A stretch of DNA of 64,000 bases, taken from NCBI RefSeq assembly GCF_009914755.1, contig NC_060940.1; one strand, 5' to 3'. This stretch comes from the human T2T-CHM13v2.0 reference genome, Homo sapiens. The translations under genes were made by a program, and so were the position numbers. The notes beneath the pieces were generated by a model. It saw only the letters and a list, made by a program, of their open reading frames with translations, made no database searches and was not told the origin of the DNA. This document shows positions 42,547-58,798 of the stretch, piece after piece. Every line of letters starts with the position of its first letter. Position 1 is the first letter of the stretch.

Positions 42547-42777
42547 CTACACTGCATTGATTCTATTTAATAAATAGCTGTTGGCCACTATAAGAAGCCA
42601 GGCCTTATTCCCTGTGCTGGGGTCACCCTGTCGAGTCTCGATGGAGGTCAAGACAGGAAGAAACATTGAAGGCAGCCGTTGTGTATAGTGGTGGGTCTCA
42701 GGCCACCCCAGGGGAACAGCACTGAGGTGGCCTTGGTTGAGCTCCAGCCTCCTCCCCCCGACCATCTCCTGTTGCAG

Positions 42778-42855
42778 CATCACTGCCGTGAGGCTCTCAG
42801 ATGGCTTCACCTTTGTCATCTATGAGTTCTGGGAGACAGAGGAGGCGTGGAAGAG
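42778..42855 (+). CDS. NECAB2: NECAB2 exon 11 ([25 protein letters not shown])
   Basis: ttgcag|C, AG|gtgaga; 78 nt; ABM-type FxIYExW motif. Confidence 0.96.
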
Positions 42856-43878
42856 GTGAGATGCTGGGTCCCCACAGCAGGTGAGGGAGACAGAGGGAAG
42901 TGGGGGGGCTGTCTTCCTGGAGCCAGGCATCCTTGGAGGGGAGGGTAAGGCCGAGTCCAGTCAGCAGATTCCCGAGGCATCTACCCGCTGGCATGCTTGC
43001 GTCAGTAAACCCTGGTGGAGGCAGGAGCTCTTGGTGGGTAGTGAGAGCCCCCACCACACTCAGCTGGGCTTTCCTGCTTTCCCCAGGGTTGCTTCTGTGC
43101 CCCTAGAGCACCTTGTCCTCCTGGAACAGCCCTGGGGGCCGAGGCACTGCCTTCTTTACCACCCTGTAGAGTTGAGGGCCTAACCTAGAAGGTGACTCAG
43201 TCCCCATGTGATCAATTGTTCCAGCGACTAACCTCCCCTCCAGCTGAGTGCCCGGTACGAGGGACGGAGATGGGGTAGGGTGTCAGCAGCTCTGATGGGC
43301 CTTAGGCCTTTGTCCTCTGCTCAGCACACATCTGGGAGAGGGTGGAGACTATTGCTGATGCGCCAGACCCCACAGGCAGGAAGCGGGGCCTAGGGGTAGC
43401 CCATGCCCCCATCTCCTGCTTCCCTGGTAAACACTCACGGTTTGCTGACAAACTCAGGACCCCAGTGGGAACAGGGGCGGTCATGAGAAGTGAGAGTGTC
43501 CCCTCCCTGTCCGTACTTCAGTGACTCATAAAACGAGGGACTAAAAGCCTTCGCAGCTTCTGTGTTGTCATGGGTCCCAGGCAGAGGATGGCCCCACTCC
43601 TCCTGCTAGGGTAAAGGGGGAGGTAGAGGCTCTGTGCAATGAGTGGGGGGATCCCGCTGCCCATTTATAGCTCACAGGGAAAAAGAGAAGCTCACTGCCC
43701 ACCCCAGAGTCAGCCTCCCTGGGCACCCCCTCACCTTCCCACAAAGGCTCTGAGTCCAAAGACCCCCCGTGCTTATTGATAAGCTCCCCATTTTGGGCTA
43801 GAGCTAGGATTAACAGGGGAGCCACACGCGGAGCTCCACTCCTGCCACCCCTGACTCACACATGTCCCTGCGTCACAG

Positions 43879-43970
43879 GCACCTGCAGAGCCCCCTGTGT
43901 AAGGCGTTCCGGCACGTCAAGGTGGACACACTGAGCCAGCCTGAGGCCCTCTCCAGGATCTTGGTGCCAG
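43879..43970 (+). CDS. NECAB2: NECAB2 exon 12 ([14 protein letters not shown]...ILVP)
   Basis: cacag|G, CAG|gtaggg; 92 nt. Confidence 0.95.
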
Positions 43971-44371
43971 GTAGGGGGCGAAGGCCTGGAACTGCAGTGG
44001 CCACCTGACTGGAGAGAAGGGCAAGAGCCTAGAGGCTGCCCCGTATCTCCCGGGGACTTGCCTGCTTGCTGTGGGCCCACTGTCAGCTCCTGCCACCAAT
44101 GCCAGGCTCAGAGCCAGCCCTGAGGTGGCCCCACATACAGGTATGCCTGCCAGAGCTTGCACCAGAGCACCCCCTCCACGGCCCCCTACTTCCAGCCAGA
44201 CTGAATTTCCCTTCCCAGGTGTGTGGTTTGCACCTGGGTGACCAGCAAGGACCTGTGTGTCACACAAGGACTCAAAGCCATCCCCCAACCTGCCATTCAA
44301 GACGACCACCACCAGCTACGAGGCTGCCCACATTCGCACTCCTTCCCTCTAACGTGTCTCTCTCCTTCTAG

Positions 44372-44400
44372 CTGCTTGGTGCACGGTGGGACGGGACTGA
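44372..44400 (+). CDS. NECAB2: NECAB2 exon 13 CDS (AAWCTVGRD*)
   Basis: ttctag|CT; TGA 44398-44400; 13 exons sum to 386 aa. Confidence 0.94.
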
Positions 44401-44811
44401 CAGCCTCCCAGAGGCCCGTGGAGGAGCCCACCAGCCCCTTCTTCTTGTGAAGGAAATCCCCTGTTTTTTTCTAGACAGACACTTTGGTGCAGAAGCTTCT
44501 TTTCAATCCATCCTCCACAAGAAGGTGTTTCCCTGTTGTTAAGTGAAGGAGGCCGCCCCTGCCCCCACCTGAGAAGGCAGAGCAGTGTCTGTGCTGCCAG
44601 GTCCTGGTGAAGCCCAAGGTTGAAGGGGGCGGCTTCCTGGAGCCAGCACCCCTGCCTCCTGGTCCTGGCCTCTCCCCTACCCCTCACATGGCCACGCATG
44701 ACCCACACTGACCACACCCTGCCCTCTTCGGTGACATTCTTCTACCTAGTAGGAGTCATGCCCCTGTAGTGCCCAGCCTAGCCAGGTAGCCACCACTGTA
44801 CCCAGGCGCCA

Positions 44812-44817
44812 AATAAA
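44812..44817 (+). terminator. NECAB2: NECAB2 polyadenylation signal AATAAA
   Basis: AATAAA followed by a GT-rich downstream element (tgtgtgctctgtgtctgttt). Confidence 0.88.
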
Positions 44818-45492
44818 CCCTGGTTGGGAAGAGCTGTGTGCTCTGTGTCTGTTTCCTGGTTGACAACAGCAGGGGGCCAGGGACCCTTCAAGTGCTCCCA
44901 GCCTCAGTTTTCTGAACCATGAAATGGTGGTGGTCACTCTATGCGGTATTTGGGAACTAGGCTCATGCCTATTCAGGAGCTCAGCACCACACCTACCCTC
45001 AGGTCAGTAATTCAAAGGACTGGGCACAACTGTCAAAGTCACGGTCAAGGTAGGTAGATGACAGACAGACAGACAAAATCCAGCAAAGAAAGAGGCTCCC
45101 GGAGTGGGGGGCCAGGCACGGGGCTACCAGTAAAGGCCCATAGCACTGAACCCTCCCAGCTTCAATGCTGATAGAGCATCACCAATCAGGGATGCAGTCC
45201 TGAGTCTTACTGGGGTTCGGTGACGCATACACGCTGACACCTCATGGCTCAACACCCCACCATAAATCACATGGTTGGCCCAGACCACGCAGTGTGGCTC
45301 AACACAGACACTGTCACCAGGCAGGACGCTCCAGGGACGGGTGAATGCCTCCCGGCACGTCTGTGCATTAGCCATTCAACACAGCAGGAGACCCCGCCTA
45401 TCAACTGGAAATCATGTCTTAAGTCTTATTCTGGAAGCTTTGTAACTTCTTCCTATTTCTCAGTCCGGGTTAGCAGGAAAGAAGTCACTCAC

Positions 45493-45777
45493 AGCCCAGT
45501 GCAGTGGCTCAAGCTGTCATCCCAGCACTTTGGGAGGCCGAGGCTGGTGGAACACCTGAGGTCAAGAGTTTGAATCCATCCTGGCCAACATGGTGAAACC
45601 TCGTCTCTACTAAAAATATAAAAATTAGCTGGGTATGATGGTACACGCCTGTAATCCCAGCCACTTGGGAGGCTGAGGCAGGAGAATCGCTTCAACCCAG
45701 GAGGTGGAGATTGCAGTGAGCAGAGATCACACAACTGCACCCTGGGCAACAGAGTGAGACTGTCTCAAAAAAAAAAT
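45493..45777 (+). mobile_element. Alu
   Basis: Alu consensus. Confidence 0.93.
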
Positions 45778-46859
45778 CACAAAAGTTCAAAGGACAAAGA
45801 GAATGGTGGGTCCCTCTCCTAAAACAGGGCAGAGCCAAGACCACAGGCCAGGGCACAGGTGGGAGCCCTGAGGGGAAGGGGCAGGACCCAGAATGGGCAC
45901 CTTTCTACCTCAGGCACAGAGCCTGGAGGGCTGGCCAGTGCCACATGTGGTTATTAACACTCACCACCCAGCAAGGTCCCTGCCCACACTGTCCAGCCCC
46001 CTGTGCTTGCCGGGAGCTTTGAAACCCTGCTCCCAGGGCAGGTCCCTGCCCCTTGGGTACTGCCACCTCCTTGCGGGGTGTGATGCCTGCCGCTGCAAAA
46101 CCAGCAAAACACGACATGAGTTTGTAGGAAAAGAAAAGGGGTTCAAGAACCATCTGTATGTCTCCAAGCTGAATGTCCCTATACCAGCCTCTCAGGGCCT
46201 GTTTTCTCACCTGTAATGTGGGGAAAAGACCCCTCCCTTGAAGGATCAGGGGCTTCACTGCCTGGCGCACGAGAATGCCACTTACAGGCTCCTGCTGCCC
46301 CACCCACAAGACTGGTACATTCCAACCACCTCAGCTATTCTAAGAACAACATTCTCAGGGGCTAAGGCTTTCTGGGGTACAACTGAGGAACCTCCTTTAG
46401 CCGGGCCTGTTCCCCTCCCACATGTCACATCTGCCCAGGCCTCCATGGGGGGTGATATCTCTGCTGATTGCAGCCCACGTGCACTGAAAGCCTTCAGGGG
46501 CCCCCTCAGAACCTGAGTGGCCGGGGATGGGCTCTGACAAGAACATGTTTCAACCCTAAAAGCTCTAAGAGCTCCCGCTTAATTCACACTTCAGAGCCTG
46601 GCACAGTCAAGCACTTGACAGGCCCATCTCCCTCCATGCTCCCCTATGCTGTCCTGCTCTTGGCAGGTGGGGAGATGGAGACAGAGAGGGCAAGCAACTC
46701 ACCAGAGGTCACACAGCAAGTAAGTGGCTCAAGTCAGATCCAAACCCAGAGTTCTGTGCCTAACCCCTGCGCCACACAGCATCAACCCGTGAGGAAGAAC
46801 GGCTTCAGATTAACCCATTAAGATCAGAATCAGGTTCCTCCAAATGCTAATGGCGAAGT

Positions 46860-47410
46860 ACCGTATCCCATAGAAGTACTGTATCCCAGCAATTCCACTT
46901 CTAGGGATATACTCTGCCTGAAATGGAAAAGGCATCCATCCACTCACTCACTCGGTGCATGTACTCATGACGGCACTATTCACAACAGCCACAAGGTAGA
47001 AACTATCCAAATACTCATCAGCCGATGAAGGCGTAAACAAATGCAGTCTCTCCAAACAGTTTATCATTCAGTCATCAACAGGAGTGAAGGACTGGGCCGT
47101 CGGTGACTCGAAAACCCCACACTGAGTGAAGGCAGGCAGACACAACAGACGGCATCTAATATTCCACTTACATGAAACGTCCAGAATAAGCAAATCCACA
47201 TAGACAGAAAGCACAGAGTGGCTGCCTCGAGGATGGGGAAGAGGAAAAGGGGAGGGACAGCTCATGGGCAGGGGGCTTTCCTCGGGATGGAATGTTCTAG
47301 AACTAGAGGGAAGTGATGGTGACGTAGCATTGCAAATGTACTAAAGGCCACTGAATCCTATGCTTTAAGATGGTTAGTTTTACACTATGTGAGTTGCATT
47401 TCAATGTTTA
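46860..47410 (+). mobile_element. Old L1 (L1MB/MC-like) 3' fragment
   Basis: cccagcaattccacttctagggatata...attccacttacatgaaacgtccagaataagcaaatcca. Confidence 0.8.
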
Positions 47411-48806
47411 AGAATCTCAAATCACTCTCAAAAACAGTTCACCATCTGTACTTAGCCGGTAGAGCTGCATACTCACCAGGCCCGGTTCAAAACCTGCCAC
47501 TTGTCCCCGGGAGGCATCTGTGGGTGGGCAACTCCTCCTGAGGTGCTTAGGGCCAGCAGTGCCCTGGGCTGGGCCCCTGAGCCAAGGGAAAGAGGTCTCC
47601 CCTGCAGCCTACCATGCTCAGAGCAGGAGCACAAGGCATTTGCACTATGAAGCATCACCGGGCCATGCTCAAAGCTGTTACTTCTGACTCTCCACTGACA
47701 CACAGCTGTCATCCTTGGCCAGGTGCTGCAACAGGACACACTCTGTGTCGAGGGCTTTGGAGGGACCTCAGCTCAGACTCTCAGCCATCCTGGGAGGGAG
47801 GGGCTGTCCACAGCTTCATTTTGGAAAAGGACAAAAAGGTCTGAACTGGGAGGCTGGAAAACATCCAGAGGAAGGGTGCTGAGGCAGAGGAGAGCACTGG
47901 CAGGGATTTCCTGCAGTCACCACCCTAGGAACAGGCTTTGCTGAGGCCACACAGCTGGTAAGTGGCAGGCAGAGTCAAGTCATCTGCCAGCCCCAGAGCC
48001 CATGTGCTGGAAGCCCTACACATTGTCACCTGGCCCCTGAGGACATCTGGCTGGAAGGTGACATCCCAGCTTCTACCACTGTGATTGCATGAGCTGCGTC
48101 CTTGCATTATGATAATTTGCAGACAGTCATAGGAGGATCACATCGACCTGTCATAGAATCGAGACAGAAGCCTTTGTCCTGATGAGTGATATTCAGTCAC
48201 CCCTTAAAGAGCCCCGCTATCACCTCTTAGCATTGAGTGCCAGTGCACTTGCCTCCTGAGGTGCTTTCTTGCTTTGGGATGAGTCCTCACCTCCTCATAC
48301 TTCCCATTTCCCCTTGGCTCCCAGGAAACTCAGGTACCCCTTGCCAATCACGACCTTGGTCTTCTGGGAATAAAGCTACATTGCTTGGGTCTCCACTGTG
48401 CGTGACGTATCCCATCAGCTACTCTGGATCCATCATCGTCTTTAATCCTCACAAGAGACCTGCTTTGTACAGAGTAACCCTGCTCCATTTTGCCGCTAGG
48501 GAAACTGATTCTGCAAGAAGGTTCACACACTTCCCAAGGCTTTGAGCTAGCAAATGGCAGACCCAGTGTTCAAAACCAACGGTCCAACTCCAAAGCTACT
48601 TCACACACAGCCTTCTTTGATGGCATGACCCTCACCCCACCACACTTTGATATCTCAGGACTCTCCATAAATAGTACTAGCACAGCCCCAGCCTTCCTGG
48701 CCAGGGTCACAGAGCCCTTTAGGAAGCAGGCAGGTATAAATAAGAAATGAATGACTATTCAGCCTCACCTCTCACTCCAGGGTGATAAATTCTCCATTAC
48801 AGCAAT

Positions 48807-49494
<688 letters not shown>

Positions 49495-50412
49495 TCATGG
49501 TGGGGTTGGTCAGACATTGAAGAAGGGTCCTGGGTACCCTCCCAATACCCCCACAGGGTCAGAGTCCACACCTGCAGCCACACTTCTCCCATCCCCCAGC
49601 AGCCAGGCTACAGGAGCCCCAGGGCCAGGTACCTATTCCCACCCCTGCCCCCCAACTCTGACGTCTCCTCAGCATGGCATGTACAGTGGGAAGGAAAAGA
49701 ATTTAACCCCAAATGAGTTCTGATCTGATCTCTGTACCTTGCAGGACGCTCAGCCTGGATTTTTCTAAGCCTCAGTTGCCTAACCTGTAAAATGGGCACA
49801 TCTAGAAACATTATGCTAGGTCCAAGGAGGCAGAGACAAAGGCCCACGTACATGTGAGGCTGTTCAGAGGGCATGCCCGTAGCAGGCAAACCCAGAGACT
49901 GAGCGCAGCTGCATGGTTGCTGGGAGCTGAGGGAGGGAGAAATGGGGGGTAACTGCTAATGGGCACTAAGTTTCTTCTGAGCGTGACAAAAACGGACTAG
50001 AATTACTGGGGCAGCTGCACAGCTCTGTGAGCACACTAAAAACCACTGGATTGTACACTGTAAAGAAGTGAATCATTACGGTATACACCTTTTATCTCAA
50101 TTTTGAAAATTCATGCATGTGGACAAGCTGAAATAAATATGGACCTGTCACCGCCAGCCTTGCACGGTCACGTGCATTGTACCATGTGACAGCAGGAAAG
50201 GCCTGACCTATTGCCTGCCCTGAGGAAGGCATCCTCAAATGTCAGTCCCACCCTCCCCTGACTCTGGCACTGCTGGCTTCTAGGAGGATGTCCCAAGGCA
50301 GAGAAGCGTGGCCTGAACTGAATCTAGCAACCGGGGCCTCTGCAGGGTCAATGCCAGGGAGGACGCAAAGGAGCAGCTGGGTCCGTGTCTGCCTCTCCAC
50401 ATCCTACCCTCC

Positions 50413-50734
50413 TTCTTTTTTTTTTTTTTTTTTTTTGTTGTTATTGTTGTTGAGATGGAATACTGCTCTGTCACCCAGGCTGGAGGGCAGTGGCACAATC
50501 TTGGCTTGCTGCAACCTCCACTTCTCAGGTTCAAACGATTCTCCTGCCTCAACCTCCCGAGTAGCTGGGATTACAAGCGCCCCCAACTATGCCCGGCTAA
50601 TTTTTTTGTACTTTCAGTAGAGACGGGGTTTCACCACGTTGGCCAGGCTGGTTCTCAAGCTCCTGACCTCAAGTGATCTGCCCGCGTCAGCCTCCCAAAG
50701 TGCTGGGATTACAGGTGTGAGCCACTGTGCCCAG
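50413..50734 (-). mobile_element. Alu
   Basis: Alu consensus in antisense; flanking repeat acc(c)tccttc/t. Confidence 0.93.
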
Positions 50735-51188
50735 CTACCTCCTTTTCTTTACCCAGGCCCTGGAAGCAAACCTCGTCTCCTCTTGCTCTCTGCTGCCAGT
50801 GTGACCCCTTGTCCCAGAATTGGGGAGGCCACCAGGGAGAACTGCAGAGCCAACAGTCCACTTGGCTTCCAGGCTCTTTGAGTCCAGCTGGTGGGAGGGA
50901 AAGCACAGTTTCCTTGGAGTCATCCACCCTCCACGGGGCATGGGCCAAGTGCATGGCGGTGTGGCGTGTTCCGGGCATACACCTCCTTGGGCCTGTCACA
51001 GCCAAGGGCAGGATTCGGGCATTTCCTGCGCCCTGGCCAAAGGACCATTTGAGTCCATCACCATCGCCAGCCATGCCTCCTCCCACTCCCTTCTGGGCTT
51101 CCCATTGCTGTGCAGTATCCTTACCTGACACCCTTGATCCTGACACTCCAAAGCCAATTATCTGGGCCTCAGCCCCTAGCTCCCTTTT

Positions 51189-51647
51189 ATGGATTGAATC
51201 TTGTCTCCCAGAAACATCAGTTGAGGTTGAACCCCCGGAACCTGTGAACATAACCTTATTTGGAAATTGCATCTTTGTGGGTCCTAATTAATAGAAGATG
51301 CAGGCAACTTATGATGAGATCACACTACTTACGGAGGTGGGAGGAGCTCACTTAGTGATGGGTATCTTTTTAAGAGAGAGATTTGGACACAGAGGATACA
51401 CAGGGGAGAGTCACATGAAGACAAGAGCAGACACTGGAGTGAGGCAGCCACAAGCCAAGGAGTGCCGGCCACCCCTAGAACTGGGAAGACAGGAGGGAGC
51501 CTCCCCTAGAGCCCACAGAGGGAGCATGGCCCTAATGACACGTGATTTCAGACTCCTGGCCTCCAGAACTGTGACGCAACAAGCATCTGTTGTTTTAAGC
51601 CACCAGAGTGCGGTTATGGTCATTTATCACAGCGGCCATAAGAACTT
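51189..51647 (+). mobile_element. MLT1C-like MaLR LTR
   Basis: gcagccacaagccaagga...tggcctccagaactgtga...tgttgttttaagccacc. Confidence 0.8.
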
Positions 51648-51734
51648 TCCTCACCTTTGTACCAGAAACCCTTCGAACCCGCATAGCCCCATGAGCAGCC
51701 CAAGGAGGCAGAAGGCATCAGTCTCTCCAGCATC

Positions 51735-51740
51735 TTTATG
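51735..51740 (-). terminator. SLC38A8: Probable SLC38A8 variant poly(A) signal CATAAA
   Basis: CATAAA about 95 nt after the stop, with upstream UGUA and U-rich tract; no canonical AATAAA seen nearby on this strand. Confidence 0.55.
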
Positions 51741-51834
51741 AGGAAAAGAAATGGCATCGGTCTCCTGGCTGCATACAGCAGCCACGTAGGGTCAGCCCCC
51801 GGAGGGCCCCTTCCTGCCCGGCACTAGCTGCCCA

Positions 51835-52917
<1,083 letters not shown>

Positions 52918-53616
52918 CTAAGTCACACACGATCTCAGAGGGGTAGGGGACGAGGACGCAGGAGGCAGAGGTGGCTGGGACTGGCAGCCACCGAGGCCAC
53001 ATTTGTGAGCTTCGTCATGTAACCAGAGATGGGGTAGACAAGGAGGTCAGAGCGATAACAAGATTCCCACAAAATGGCAGGGCCACCAGAGATATTTGTG
53101 GCCCCATTAACAAAGACCAGAAGGCCGGGTTGTCATGGAAGGAACATTTCTAACCGAGCAGCATCTCAGCACGGCTGTTCAGCGCCGTAAACATCCATTC
53201 ATCTGTGCGGGGACTGTGAGGCTAATGTGCCTGTGGGCTGTGGCACTCCTGGAGCAGCGCTGATGTATTAGAAGGACCCAAAGCAGTTTTAACGATAAAA
53301 ATATCTTGAAAGCTCATCAGTAAAAACTGTTGTGAGCTCAGATCAAGGAACAAAACAAAAAGCATGAAGACTCCGAAAAGCATCCCAGGGAATGAGCGGC
53401 TTAGGGGGTTACCAGACATTGGGAGGCTGGTTCAATACCCAAGGCAGGTTTAGAAACATCCAGAAACACTGCTCTCAAATCCAGAAGAAACCGGGCCAGG
53501 CCTGCTCCTTTGCAAAAACCAAGCTTGGGCTCAATGGGGCTAGAGGGCCGGGGGTATAGGGGAACAGACCTACAGCTGGCACCCAAATTCACGATTGCTG
53601 CCATTTAACATTATCT

Positions 53617-54223
<607 letters not shown>

Positions 54224-55055
54224 TCATCTCTTTACCTGCCTCAGCCTCAGTTTCCCCATCTATGGGATGGGAGGGAGTCACCCAGAACCCCAGACTACCC
54301 AGGGGCGGCTGAGGAAGCGCACATCATTCACGTGTACATCGTCCTCTTCCGTGGGTCAGACTCAGCTGCTCAGTGGCAAAGTACAGAGGGTCAGTCGTGT
54401 CTGATCCACAGGTCCGCTCGGGGATAAATATTTGTCAAATGAAGGAAAGATCCAAATTATCTGGTCTCAACAGCATTGTATGCCAGGCAGGTGGGTTAGC
54501 ATGGGGCCTGGGAGCCAGGGGCCTGGGTTGCATCCTAGCTCTGTCCTCACTAGCCTCCGGGCCCGCCTCCTCAGCTGTAGGATGAAGACATGTGGGTATG
54601 GTGGGGAGGTGAACATGTAAAAGGACCTAGCTCAGTGCCTAGCAGAGGAGCCTGGGAACAGCGACCCACTGCTGTGATGATGGTGTCTGGCCGGCCATGG
54701 GGCCTTTCTAACCCAGCCTGCACCCTGATCCTGCCCTGGGTCCGAGCCAGGTAACAAAGGAGGGTACAGATGCACCACTGGGTGCTTCCAGAGGCTGGAA
54801 TCTACATGAAATCCCAACCACAGACCCTCAGAGTGGAAGGGAAGGCCCTTGCAGGACCCGGCGTTACTGGCCCGGGCTCCTGTCCTGGCTCAGATGCCCT
54901 CATACTGGGTAGACAGAGACTCTCTTCCTGTGGCTCGCAGGTTTCTCATCTGCAGGATGCAGAGGATGAGAAATAGGATCTGCAGGGTCCCCTGAAACAT
55001 TCTTACTCTGATCCGGGGCACACCCAGGGTGCCACCTCATCTTAGGGACACTTAC

Positions 55056-55107
55056 TTGACTCTTGGTCCTATAGGCTCGACACCCATTGCACAGATGAGG
55101 CACAAAC
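55056..55107 (-). CDS. SLC38A8: SLC38A8 coding exon (GLCLICAMGVEPIGPRVK)
   Basis: ttttgcag|GT, AA|gtaagt; 52 nt. Confidence 0.93.
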
Positions 55108-55407
55108 CTGCAAAAAAGACAGGGTCACCCACAGTTCTTCGTTATCAAACCCAAAGCAACAAAAGGGTCCCGGGAGAGGTCCTCAGGGACCCAGGAGGCC
55201 AGCAAGGCCTCCGCCCATGGGTGCCCCTGGCTCAGGCCCCCTGGAGAGGCAACACAGTGGAGCTGGAAGGACGGGGCTGGAGTCCCAGCTCAACATGCCC
55301 TAGTGACTTAGGCAGAGGTCTGGCAGCAACCGACTTCCCAGAGCCCCATCTTTCAGGCAACCTTGACAACAAGCCCCCCCACAGCAGAGTCTATGAGGAG
55401 ATGGTGA

Positions 55408-55799
<392 letters not shown>

Positions 55800-55974
55800 C
55801 TTTTTTTTTTTTTTTTAAATAGTTCTGCTAGGATTCAGGGCCATGTAGCTTGGCCTAAAGCTCCCAAAGGATCCTCTCTCAACTCAAACCTGTCCTGGGC
55901 AGTCCTTCCCACCACAGGAAATAGCCAGCGCTACAACTGGCCACCTGGTCACAGCATCAGAATTTAATCTAACA

Positions 55975-56700
55975 GCCCAGACCAGGGAGTGTGAGAGAGG
56001 AGCCACGTGGCCACAGCCTCACCTCTGAGAAGCTCCACCCAGAGCCTGAGTGAGGAGCCGTGTGGCCACACCCTCAGCCCTGAAAGCCCCGCCCAGAGCC
56101 TGAGGGAAGGGCTGTGTGACCACACTCTCATCTCTGAAAGGCCCGCCCAGAGCTGAGGGAGGAGATGCATGGCCACACCCCTCACCTCTAAAACCTCCTC
56201 TCAGAGCCTGAGGGAGGAGCTATGTGGCCACACCCCTCACCTCTGAAAGCCCCGCCCAGAGCCAAGGGAGGAGCTGTGTAGCCACACCCTCACCTCTGAA
56301 AGCTCCACCCTAAGCCCGAGGGAGAAGCCACAAGGCCACACCCCTCACCTCTGAAAGCCTCGCCCACAGCCTGAATAAGGAGCTGCGTGGCCACACCCTC
56401 ACCTCTGAAAGCCCGGCCCAGAACTGAGGGAGGAGTCGTGTGGCCACATCCCCATCAATGAAAGCTCCGCTCAGAGCACGCAGGAGCAGCTGTGTGGCCA
56501 CACCCCTCACCTCTGAAAGCCCTGCCCAGAGTCGAGGGAGGAGCTCTATAGCCACACCCTCACCTGTGAAAGCGCCACCCTAAGCCCAAGGGAGAAGCCA
56601 CATGGCCACACCCCTCTCCTCTCTAAAAGTTCCACCCAGAACCTGAGGGAGGAGCCACATGGCCACTCCCCTCACCTCTGAGAGCTCTGGGCAGAGCCAG
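55975..56700 (+). repeat. ~54-bp minisatellite, ~13 diverged copies, in an SLC38A8 intron
   Basis: gaggagctgtgtggccacacccctcacctctgaaagccccgcccagagcctgagg-like unit at ~54-bp period. Confidence 0.95.
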
Positions 56701-57727
56701 GAGCAGAGTGGGTGGCTGTTCTCCTCCCCTCCCTTCACTTCACTTCCCCATTCTTTATCTCTTAATCCCAGTAGACCCCAATTTACAGGAGCTGGGGCAG
56801 GTACGGTTAGATTCTCAAGGGACTACATCAAAGACAACCCCTGAATCTTAATTCACCTGCTAAGAACCCACTTTTCATATTCCACACATCAGTTGGCCTC
56901 TTTGATAACCAACATTTCTCTGTGGCCCTCAATTCTTCCATCGCCCCCCCACCTCCGGGGTATTGACAAAGTTGTCACCACCCACTTACCTGGGACCCTG
57001 AACAGTGTTTCGTTTCATGCCCCCATTCGAGTTTTGGAAGACCTGTAAGAGCCTCTACCTGTGCTTTCTGTTAAGTTTCACCAATGGGCATCTACTTCTT
57101 GTCTGTTTGACATAACGGCTGCATCAGGGTGTTGGGGATACCTGGCTAAGGGTCCCCAAGCTCGATGTCTGTTTGGCATGGTTCCAGTCGCGGCTGAATC
57201 ACAGGGTCCACTCACGGAACACGCACTGAGGGAGTCTCGACTGTGTACTCAACACTTGCTGTGTGTGGGGCCCTGGAACACACCCCCCACTGCGGATCTG
57301 GAGTCTCTGTTCTGGGCTCCAGTGGGCCACTACAGTGTACCCTTTTCCACTGGAAGAAGCATCCCTCCAGCCCCCACCTTGCTGGCTTCCCCTTCTCAGA
57401 TAATGCTTGGGCTGTTTGGGAAGGTTTCCTAAGAAACCATCCTTCGCAGAAACGGTGTTTGCCTCCAGGGCCTGGAGGCAGGAGGGAAGGGAGACATTTG
57501 CAGGGTGCCTTGAGCCACGTGACTTTCACATATACGATTTTCTTTTTTTAATAAAACAAAATCTTTTAGCAGGAGGCACCAGCGGTAGCATGGACAGAGC
57601 TGTATGATTGACCCTCAGCCCTGCTGCATACTAGCTGTGCCCCCGGCGGGGGGTTCAGGGCCTCGGTCTTCGCATCTATGGAATGGGATCATAAACGTTC
57701 CTACGTCAAGAATGTCCATCAGGAGCT

Positions 57728-58379
<652 letters not shown>

Positions 58380-58589
58380 AGGAGCTAATGAGATGTTTAA
58401 TGAGTGAGGGAAGGTATGTAAAGCCCAAGCCTGTGCCTGGCTCAATAAAAAGGGCACCTACATGGGGTCTTAATCCTACCCATATGTGGCTCCCACCTTC
58501 CAGAACCTTGACCTCCAACACTGGGAGTCCCCACAGAGATGAGCAGGGAAGAACAAGTGGGCAGAAAGCCTGGAAAGCAGGGGCCTCAC

Positions 58590-58798
58590 CTGGGAAGATG
58601 AAGATGAAGAAGGAACTGATGCCTCCGATGATGCTGACGATCTCGCTGAGGTCAGGCATAAACAGCGCCATGGCGAGCGTCACGGTGACCCACAGGATGG
58701 TCAGCGGCATCCGGACCCACAGCCCTGAGGGGTCGGCCAGGGCGCTGGGCCCCCATCCCCCCAAGCAGCTCCTCCTCCAGAAGTCCTGCATCACTGAC
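58590..58798 (-). CDS. SLC38A8: SLC38A8 coding exon ([10 protein letters not shown]...[14 protein letters not shown])
   Basis: ccag|G, CAG|gtgagg; 209 nt; SLC38/Aa_trans IGG...FIFPG motif; inside ORF 58378..58824. Confidence 0.96.

Noticed and set aside
44981-44990. REST/RE1-like TCAGCACCAC
   Set aside because: Left half-site only; GGACAG half is absent
55975-56700. CRISPR-like regular repeat
   Set aside because: Whole units repeat with no unique spacers; no cas genes; eukaryotic intron
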